DNA from: Bacillota bacterium
GTDB taxonomy: Bacteria; Bacillota; Clostridia; Lachnospirales; WQUN01
Assembly: GCA_009778185.1 (NCBI GenBank)
Contig: WRKG01000296.1
Span: 1 to 47,341, forward strand
Direction: 5' to 3'
Length of the DNA: 47,341 nt
Position 1 is the first letter of the stretch. The number at the start of each line of letters is the position of its first letter. The position numbers were made by a program, and so were the translations under genes. Below the pieces are notes generated by a model that did no database searches, had not been told where the DNA came from, and worked only from the letters and a program-made list of their open reading frames with translations. Positions 34,529 through 41,322 of this stretch are shown here, in pieces.

Positions 34529-36190
34529 CTAAATTTTGAACAGTGCATCAAATTTAGTTAGCAACACAAAATTTCCGCGCACTTTTATTCTGCCAATCAT
34601 AAAGGCTTTTTGGGCTGTATGAGTGCCTTTTAGCACATCGTGCCAATTTTTTGATTCGGCAATTATGTTAATTTCGGGATTTTCGGCAACGCCTTCAGTG
34701 TATTCACATTCGCTGTTGACAATCGTGAGATAGCCATTAAATGCGTCTGTTCCAGTTATTGTAAACTGGATTACCGCACGTAATCCCGCCGATATTTGCG
34801 GTTGAAAATAATGCGGTAAATTTTGCGTAAGCTGTTTTACTGTTTTTTGTGCTGGCAGTTCTGGTTTTTTTGCCTCTTTCGGCGGTTTTTCGGTTGACAA
34901 TTCCTGATTTTTGGGAAATTGCGGTTTGGTTGGCGTTCTTTTGGCTAGCTGTTCGCTTGGAGCATAATTTTGCAAAAATTGTGGCGGTTGTGGTGCTTTT
35001 GGCGAAAAAGTTGGCTCTTTGGGTTGGCTGTAATTTTGTGGCTCTTGCGGTTGGCTGTAATTTTGTGGCTGTTGCGGTTGAACATAATTTTGTGGATTTT
35101 GCGGATTATAATTTTGCGGTTGATAATTATACGGCTGATTGTAATTTACTGGCTCGTGATAATTATAATCCTGCGGATTTTGCGAATTTGGCAAAACTGG
35201 CGAATGCGTAGAAACTGGCGAAAAATTTTGATTTTGTGGATGTTGCGAACCTTGCAAAACAGGCGAATTTTGCGAACCTGCCGAATTTACCGAATTTTGC
35301 GAACCTGTCGAACTTGTCGAACCTGTCGAAAAAGGCAAATTTTGCTGAACAGGAGGAGCGTGATGAATCGGCGGTTGTGTTGGTGGTTGCTGATAATTCT
35401 GTTGATAATTTTGTTGATTTTGAAAATTTACAACAGGCGGTGGAGAATTTTGTGCATCCGTATATTTTTGCGTAAAAAATTGCGTAAGTTCGTGAGTAGC
35501 TTGTTCGTTGCGTTCGGCTTGCTCAATTTGCGGGGCTTTTTCGTACGGAGTATTGTGCATATTTGGCTGTTGTATGTACGCAGTTGGAATGCTAGGATTT
35601 ACCTGGGCAATTACAGTAATCGAGTTATCCAAAGGTACAATATATTTGCGATTTTGTCGAACCGAACGGTACAAATCTTCCGCAATTTTTTCGACAATAT
35701 CCCGCACAGAGCCGGGTTCAACGTCAACGCCGCCTTCGATAGTCATTGCATAATTTTCTTGCAAGCCAATGCGGCCGCTTTCGAAGCCGCCAAAATAGCA
35801 AATTGTTCTTCCCAAATAATCCAAAGCGGTACGTTCGCCGCCATTTTTGGACACAACTATTGGTAGACAATATTTTTCGAATAAAACATCATTATATTCG
35901 TTGCATTCTAAAAATTCCAAAAAAGTTTGCAAAATAGAACTTGGTGCAAACAGTTGCGAAGTACAAGCCAAAATAATACCTTTAGAGTTACGCAACCGCA
36001 AAATAATGTCGTCCATAACGCGGGCGCGCAATCCGTCAAAATAAGACATTTGTGCAAAGCCTAAATTTATTTGATCAACTTCCATATCTAACTCGGTTAA
36101 TGCGGCGGCAACAATGGAAATAACTCGGTTAAGTCCAAAATCGTAATGCGGAATGCTGCCGTTGACAATAGCAATTCTCATAGTATCCAT
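34529..36190 (-). CDS. Fusion protein: flavodoxin-like/FMN-reductase-like N-domain, about 230-aa Q/N/P/Y-rich linker, SCP2 sterol-carrier-like C-domain
   Basis: 553 aa. N-terminus MRIAIVNGS.... C-terminus AVIQFTITG...AQKAFMIGRIKVRGNFVLLTKFDALF is SCP2-like. Confidence 0.6.
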   Translation of the reverse strand: MDTMRIAIVNGSIPHYDFGLNRVISIVAAALTELDMEVDQINLGFAQMSYFDGLRARVMDDIILRLRNSKGIILACTSQLFAPSSILQTFLEFLECNEYNDVLFEKYCLPIVVSKNGGERTALDYLGRTICYFGGFESGRIGLQENYAMTIEGGVDVEPGSVRDIVEKIAEDLYRSVRQNRKYIVPLDNSITVIAQVNPSIPTAYIQQPNMHNTPYEKAPQIEQAERNEQATHELTQFFTQKYTDAQNSPPPVVNFQNQQNYQQNYQQPPTQPPIHHAPPVQQNLPFSTGSTSSTGSQNSVNSAGSQNSPVLQGSQHPQNQNFSPVSTHSPVLPNSQNPQDYNYHEPVNYNQPYNYQPQNYNPQNPQNYVQPQQPQNYSQPQEPQNYSQPKEPTFSPKAPQPPQFLQNYAPSEQLAKRTPTKPQFPKNQELSTEKPPKEAKKPELPAQKTVKQLTQNLPHYFQPQISAGLRAVIQFTITGTDAFNGYLTIVNSECEYTEGVAENPEINIIAESKNWHDVLKGTHTAQKAFMIGRIKVRGNFVLLTKFDALFKI

Positions 36191-36202
36191 AATTTTCTCC
36201 TT

Positions 36203-37765
36203 TTAACTTGGCAAATCGGGCAATCTAATTGTATTTAACCAATAACTAAAAAAACTTGATAGCGGTCTGCCGTCAATTTCTTGGGCTAGCGCGATAAAAT
36301 CGGCAGAGTTTGTCCGCGAAAATGCGTAACGAGAATAATATTCTCGCAAAAGTTGCCTAAAATTTTCTTCGCCAATCTCGTGAAACAGCGAATAAAACAT
36401 TAGTTGCGATTTTCTGTGCTGTATTCTAAAATAATCCATCCAATTTTGGTAGACATTTATTCTATTATTCAAACGCCGCAAATTGGAATCCTCCACTGTG
36501 CCTTGACGACCTAGCAAATAGTTGTGTTCTCGTTCCATTGCGGTGCGTAGTTCGGCGGGCTGTTCCAAAAGCCCTTCGTGCAAAAACATTACTAAACCGC
36601 CGCTTAACCATGCTTCTTCGATGGGATTTGTGCCAACAACTACCGAAAACCATTGATGACCTATCTCGTTTCGCAAGCTGGTTAGTGTTTGAGATGTTCG
36701 CAAATGGTTGCTATCCATAAATATTGTGGCAGAAAAATTTTCGGCGTTGCGAAACATATCGGTTTCGACAATATTAAGCTGGTGATACGGCAACGATCCA
36801 AGCGTTTCCTCAAAAAATGCGACGCTTTCGCTAGCTATTTCCAAAATATGCTCGGTGTTAATATCGGCGGTATAATGGTACAAAGCAATTTCTTGACCAG
36901 ACAAAGTTGTAGTGGTTGCCCGTTGAAAATGCGGCGAAATTGCAAAGGCAAAATCTCGTATCATAGGAGCGTTAAAGCTAGTTATAGTACGCTGTTCGTC
37001 TTCAAGCTGAAGTTGCGTTTTTGTGCCAGCGCCAACCACAACATAATTTATCGGCGTATTTATATCGATAATATAATTTACTGTGTTTAATACAAACGGG
37101 TTTCCTATCGGATAAAATGAATCCGTTTGCCAACCGTTTGCTCCAAAAACCGCCTCGAACGGAAGAAACGCACCGCCCCAAATTGCTAGATTATTGCTAC
37201 CAGTACGATGCGCCATCGCTGGAATTTGCGCCTCAAATTGTAGCATAATTTGCACCGTTTCGTTGGGATATAATGTCAAGGGCAAATCTATTGTTAAAAT
37301 TGTGCCGTTTAGCTGAAAATTTAGCACTTCGTTTCCTTGCGAAACTAGCAAAATATCCATATTTGCGTAGGTTTTGTCGTTGCGAAAAATTCGGTTAAAA
37401 AATTCGTCTGGGTACGGTTGAATCGGCTCGGATTGCCGCCAAGCATTAAGCGGCACTCTAAAAACTAACTCGTTCAAGGGAAAATCGGTACGATTACTAT
37501 AAGTAACCGTTTGCATACCGCTAATAGTGCGTTCGGTTTCGTCAAAAAATAGCGAAACAGAATATTCATTAAAAAGCGGAACAACCACATTTTCAATGGG
37601 AGTAGCGGGTTCTAGCAAGGTTAAAGCAACCTCTTGTAAATGCGGCGGCGTATTTGTAATTATAACGGGCGGTGCAGGAATATCTAAACTTTCAAGCGGA
37701 GCAACATCTTCACAAGCAACCAAAAACAAGCATAATAAAAAAATTGGCAATATTTTTTTTTGCAT
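36203..37765 (-). CDS. M1-family metallopeptidase-like lipoprotein with degenerate zinc site
   Basis: 520 aa. Lipobox FLVAC. RNAEN (cf. GAMEN). NEIGHQWF...EEAWLSGGL aligns with HExxHQWF...WLNEGF. Confidence 0.7.
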   Translation of the reverse strand: MQKKILPIFLLCLFLVACEDVAPLESLDIPAPPVIITNTPPHLQEVALTLLEPATPIENVVVPLFNEYSVSLFFDETERTISGMQTVTYSNRTDFPLNELVFRVPLNAWRQSEPIQPYPDEFFNRIFRNDKTYANMDILLVSQGNEVLNFQLNGTILTIDLPLTLYPNETVQIMLQFEAQIPAMAHRTGSNNLAIWGGAFLPFEAVFGANGWQTDSFYPIGNPFVLNTVNYIIDINTPINYVVVGAGTKTQLQLEDEQRTITSFNAPMIRDFAFAISPHFQRATTTTLSGQEIALYHYTADINTEHILEIASESVAFFEETLGSLPYHQLNIVETDMFRNAENFSATIFMDSNHLRTSQTLTSLRNEIGHQWFSVVVGTNPIEEAWLSGGLVMFLHEGLLEQPAELRTAMEREHNYLLGRQGTVEDSNLRRLNNRINVYQNWMDYFRIQHRKSQLMFYSLFHEIGEENFRQLLREYYSRYAFSRTNSADFIALAQEIDGRPLSSFFSYWLNTIRLPDLPS

Positions 37766-37780
37766 ACGAAATTCCCCCTT

Positions 37781-37870
37781 TTGTGTTAAAATAGATATGT
37801 AAATATTATATCATGTATTTGTAAGTTTGTCATTTATTATTGTATAAAAAGGATGTTATTTGTGAAAATT
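37781..37870 (+). repeat. 90-bp perfect direct repeat, copy 1
   Basis: Base-for-base identical to 39003-39092 (period 1222 bp). Confidence 0.95.
37805..37833 (-). promoter_or_regulatory. Promoter ATGACA-17-TATAAT (copy in DR1) driving the M1-like operon
   Basis: -10 at 37805-37810 and -35 at 37828-37833 on the minus strand. Confidence 0.5.
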
Positions 37871-37946
37871 AGCAAAAATACCAATAAAAATAGGCTTGAC
37901 AATTTTTCAATATTTTTCAAATTGTCAATCCTAAAATATTTCAAAG

Positions 37947-38447
37947 CTAAAAAATATCGTTATAAAGTTTGTGCCACGGTTCGGATTTGTTTAATGTCAA
38001 CCGGTATTTTGCAAAAATTTGCTCGTATTCGTACATTTTAAGTTGCATTGCAGGCACTTGCGATGCCAACGAATGTATTAGAAAAAAATATTCTTGCAAC
38101 TCGTTTTTGCAAAGTAGCAAGGAAAAATGTTTAACGAAAGTTAATTCTAACCTAAAAAACAAGGTTTCTTCGGTTGCATTTTGCGAGATTGTTTCGTAGG
38201 CATTTTGTAAGGTTATGTCTGTCAATGTTGCTCCTAAATTGGACTTTATAAGAAAAACAGCTAATTGCAAATATTTTCGCAAAATATCGTCTTGCCAATC
38301 GTAAAAGTTTGTGTCTATTTCGGCGGTTGCTGGAATTTCTTGTAGATACAATTCGTTAAATTGTAAAATTGTGCTATCTAGCCAAGCGTGTTTGTTTGCG
38401 TAAGTCCATTTTAGCATACGAGTGTAGTTTGTTGAAAAAGTATCCAT
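37947..38447 (-). CDS. Hypothetical protein, paralog B
   Basis: 166 aa from ATG 38447 (GGGAGG RBS). Shares ELYL.E, KYLQ.A, TLQ.AY, N.T.EE and L.EYF with paralog A. Confidence 0.6.
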   Translation of the reverse strand: MDTFSTNYTRMLKWTYANKHAWLDSTILQFNELYLQEIPATAEIDTNFYDWQDDILRKYLQLAVFLIKSNLGATLTDITLQNAYETISQNATEETLFFRLELTFVKHFSLLLCKNELQEYFFLIHSLASQVPAMQLKMYEYEQIFAKYRLTLNKSEPWHKLYNDIF

Positions 38448-38449
38448 TT

Positions 38450-38977
38450 TTATTCCTCCCATTTGCCTATTTGCTCCGCTTTGGAGGATAAATTCCAACG
38501 TTCCACAAACAGAGGTTCGTATTTGGATAAATCCACTTTTGGCGAGACAATTTTGCTTATCATCGAAAAATATTCTTTCAAGGCGAAATTACTCAACAGT
38601 AAAAATGATTCCTTGATTAGCAATAATGGCAACCTAATATTTTGCAATTCTTCCTGTGTAGAGTTTGCCACAACCGAATCATACGCCGTTTGCAAAGTTA
38701 CAGCTATTGCAGTTGGCACAATCCCGCACGATTGCACAAGAAAAGCAAATTGCAAATATTTGTCAACTTTATCGGTTGTCCAAGAATTAAAGTCAACATC
38801 AATTTGCTCAATTAAATCGTCTACATAGCCAGTTTCAAATTGAAAATTTTTGTATTTTTCATATAAATATAATTCTGTTATGTTTATTATTGTTTTATCG
38901 ATAATATTTTGACTAGTTTGCGTTAAATTTAGAAGTTTGGCGTAATGACTTAAAGGTTGGTTATCCAAAATTTTCAT
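38450..38977 (-). CDS. Hypothetical protein, paralog A
   Basis: 175 aa. AAAGGAG RBS. No signal peptide or known motif. Confidence 0.6.
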   Translation of the reverse strand: MKILDNQPLSHYAKLLNLTQTSQNIIDKTIINITELYLYEKYKNFQFETGYVDDLIEQIDVDFNSWTTDKVDKYLQFAFLVQSCGIVPTAIAVTLQTAYDSVVANSTQEELQNIRLPLLLIKESFLLLSNFALKEYFSMISKIVSPKVDLSKYEPLFVERWNLSSKAEQIGKWEE

Positions 38978-39002
38978 CTCCTTTCTAATAATTTTTTCGT
39001 AA

Positions 39003-39092
39003 TTGTGTTAAAATAGATATGTAAATATTATATCATGTATTTGTAAGTTTGTCATTTATTATTGTATAAAAAGGATGTTATTTGTGAAAATT
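39003..39092 (+). repeat. 90-bp perfect direct repeat, copy 2 (contains the true murG RBS and start)
   Basis: Identical to 37781-37870. Confidence 0.95.
39027..39055 (-). promoter_or_regulatory. Promoter ATGACA-17-TATAAT (copy in DR2) driving the paralog pair
   Basis: Same sequence as 37805-37833, shifted by 1222 bp. Confidence 0.5.
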
Positions 39093-40160
39093 GTTTTAAC
39101 AGGCGGCGGAACAGCAGGACACGTTACGCCAAACATTGCTTTATTGCCAACTTTGGCAAAATTGGGCTATCAAGTAGAATATATCGGCAGCCACAACGGA
39201 ATCGAGCGCGGCTTGATAAATCTTTGTGAAATACCTTATCACAGTATATCTAGCGGAAAATTGCGCCGTTATTTTGACCTAAAAAATTTTACCGATATTT
39301 TTCGCATTATAAAAGGCTTTTTTGATGCGTTGCTAATTTTGCGAAAAATTAGACCCAACATTATTTTCAGCAAAGGCGGATTTGTGGCTGTTCCTGTTGC
39401 GTTGGCAGGGCATATTTTGAAAATTCCGATAGTTATTCACGAATCGGATATAACTCCAGGTTTGGCAACCAAAATTATTATGCCGTTTGCAAAAGTTGTG
39501 TGTGCAAGTTTTCCCGAAACGGTAAAACACACAACAAAAGGCATTTTAACAGGAAGTCCAATACGAGAAGAGTTAATTTTGGGCGACAAAACAATCGCAA
39601 TGCAGTTATGCGGGTTTGACAAGTTTGACAAAAAATCGCAAAAGCCGATTATTTTGGTCATCGGCGGCAGTTTAGGAGCAACCACAATTAACAAGCACAT
39701 CTTCGAACTTTTGCCAACTTTATTGGAAGATTTTCACGTGATTCACGTTTGCGGAAAAGGCAATATTTCTGTGGATGCTTGCCCAGGATATGCTCCTTTT
39801 GAGTACGTACAAGAGGAACTTCCGCATATTTTTGCGGCTGCCGATTTGATTATTTCGCGAGCGGGTGCAAATACCTTGTTCGAACTTTTGGCATTAAAAA
39901 AGCCGCATTTGCTTATCCCGCTAACACGAGCAGCCAGCCGCGGCGACCAAATTTTGAATGCAGAATCCTTTGAAAAGCAGGGTTTTTCCGCCGTTTTGCA
40001 AGAAGAACAACTCGAAAATTTGTATCTCGCAATTTTGGATTTGTACGAAAAAAGGGAAATGTATGTAAGCCAAATGCAAACCAAAGAAACTAGCAAAGGT
40101 ATAGATAATGTAATTGCACAAATAAAACAGTGGACAAAAGTCGGCAAAGACATTGAATAA
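39084..40160 (+). CDS. murG: Undecaprenyldiphospho-muramoylpentapeptide beta-N-acetylglucosaminyltransferase
   Basis: KIVLTGGGTAGHVTPN. GTG 39084 is preferred (AAAGGA RBS, 8-nt spacing) over ATG 39075. Confidence 0.95.
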   Translation: MKIVLTGGGTAGHVTPNIALLPTLAKLGYQVEYIGSHNGIERGLINLCEIPYHSISSGKLRRYFDLKNFTDIFRIIKGFFDALLILRKIRPNIIFSKGGFVAVPVALAGHILKIPIVIHESDITPGLATKIIMPFAKVVCASFPETVKHTTKGILTGSPIREELILGDKTIAMQLCGFDKFDKKSQKPIILVIGGSLGATTINKHIFELLPTLLEDFHVIHVCGKGNISVDACPGYAPFEYVQEELPHIFAAADLIISRAGANTLFELLALKKPHLLIPLTRAASRGDQILNAESFEKQGFSAVLQEEQLENLYLAILDLYEKREMYVSQMQTKETSKGIDNVIAQIKQWTKVGKDIE

Positions 40161-40174
40161 AGGAAGTGCTTTTC

Positions 40175-40924
40175 ATGGAAAAATCTTTTGAATTTGTTAG
40201 CAGAAACTCTGTTAAACAATCGTCAAGCAATGGTTATGCAGAAAAATTTGAACAGGATGGATTTTGGTACAAAGCCAATGTTGGTGCATTTAATTCTCAT
40301 GCAGAAGTGGTTGCTTGCAGGTTGTCAAAATATACAAATGTGAACAAATGCGTTGAATATTCTTTAATTAAGCAAAATAATGAATATTTTACTAAATCTG
40401 CCGACTTTATAAAAGGAAGACCTTTTGAAACCTTGTCAAGTTTGCATTCCAAAGTAACAGGCACTTCCATTGAATATGTGCAAAATACTTTGTTTGGGGA
40501 AAAATTGTTCACGTACGTTATAAACTTTGTTAAATCTGCCGTTAAAAAAGATGTAACTGAAGATTTAGTAAAAATATTAAAATTTGATGCTTTTGTCCTA
40601 AACGAAGATAGACATTTTAAGAATTTGGCTTTATTATTAGTCAATAATCAATGGGAAATTTTTCCAATGTACGATTTTGATTGTGCTTTATTTTCGTGTA
40701 TCGAGGATTTAGATAACTTGCCAACCGAACATAAATCGTTGCCATTTTTCTTTACACACAATGAACAGTTGCGATTCTTAAATAAAATATCTAATTTTAA
40801 GCTAATTGTTAAACCTTTTAATCCACAACAAATTATTGACAACCTTTGGGATAAAGAATATACTATAGGTAATGATGTAATTTTAGCTTATTTGGAAACT
40901 GTAAAAGGAGGTTTAACTTTATGA
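40175..40924 (+). CDS. Minimal HipA-family kinase core (no N-terminal subdomains)
   Basis: 249 aa. GYAEK, LNEDRHFKNLAL and FPMYDFD align with HipA GAQEK, ATDGHAKNFS and TPFYDI. AGGAAG RBS 8 nt before ATG 40175. Confidence 0.7.
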   Translation: MEKSFEFVSRNSVKQSSSNGYAEKFEQDGFWYKANVGAFNSHAEVVACRLSKYTNVNKCVEYSLIKQNNEYFTKSADFIKGRPFETLSSLHSKVTGTSIEYVQNTLFGEKLFTYVINFVKSAVKKDVTEDLVKILKFDAFVLNEDRHFKNLALLLVNNQWEIFPMYDFDCALFSCIEDLDNLPTEHKSLPFFFTHNEQLRFLNKISNFKLIVKPFNPQQIIDNLWDKEYTIGNDVILAYLETVKGGLTL

Positions 40925-41256
40925 TTTCAATGTTTAACTGCGAATTTAACTACTACTACATGGGAGAAAAAACTGCTCATGTCAAAATAGTCAATGGACA
41001 CGCCACTACCGAGCAGTTTTCGAAAGAATGGTACAGGTTGCCTTTTGGAATGGTTCCCGATCACAATGTCCGCCGCGAAACTATCCGCATTTTCTTCGAA
41101 GAGCATTGCATTCCCAAGCACCGCAAAGATTTGCAAAAGTTTTTGGATTACTACGGTTTAGAAAAATGGGATGCCTTCAAAATTTGCAGAATAACCAACG
41201 GCGAACACGCCCATAAATACGGCTTTATTGAATGGTTAGATAAACAACAAAATTAA
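40921..41256 (+). CDS. Small protein translationally coupled to the kinase; possibly HipA-N-terminal/HipS-like
   Basis: 111 aa. ATGA overlap and AAAGGAGG RBS. WYRLPFGMVPDHNVRRETIRIFFEEHCIPKHRKDLQKFL. Confidence 0.6.
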   Translation: MISMFNCEFNYYYMGEKTAHVKIVNGHATTEQFSKEWYRLPFGMVPDHNVRRETIRIFFEEHCIPKHRKDLQKFLDYYGLEKWDAFKICRITNGEHAHKYGFIEWLDKQQN

Positions 41257-41322
41257 CCTACCAAAAATTAACCATTTTGTCAACATCAACCGAGAGGAGG
41301 CTGGGCTTTTGCCCAAACCCGA

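Noticed and set aside
34970-35866. 298-aa plus-strand ORF (and neighbours 34849..35211, 35236..35475) antisense to the flavodoxin-SCP2 gene.
   Set aside because: This is an artefact of the low-complexity Q/N/P codon repeats on the other strand. The product is a Leu/Arg/Ile/Trp-rich nonsense-like sequence, there is no RBS, and it is fully nested in a gene with recognisable terminal domains.
37853-38041. 62-aa ORF starting MLFVKI, identical to the murG start.
   Set aside because: Only the first 6 codons, which lie inside the 90-bp direct repeat, match murG. The rest runs antisense into paralog B. I treat it as a relic of the duplication, not a gene.
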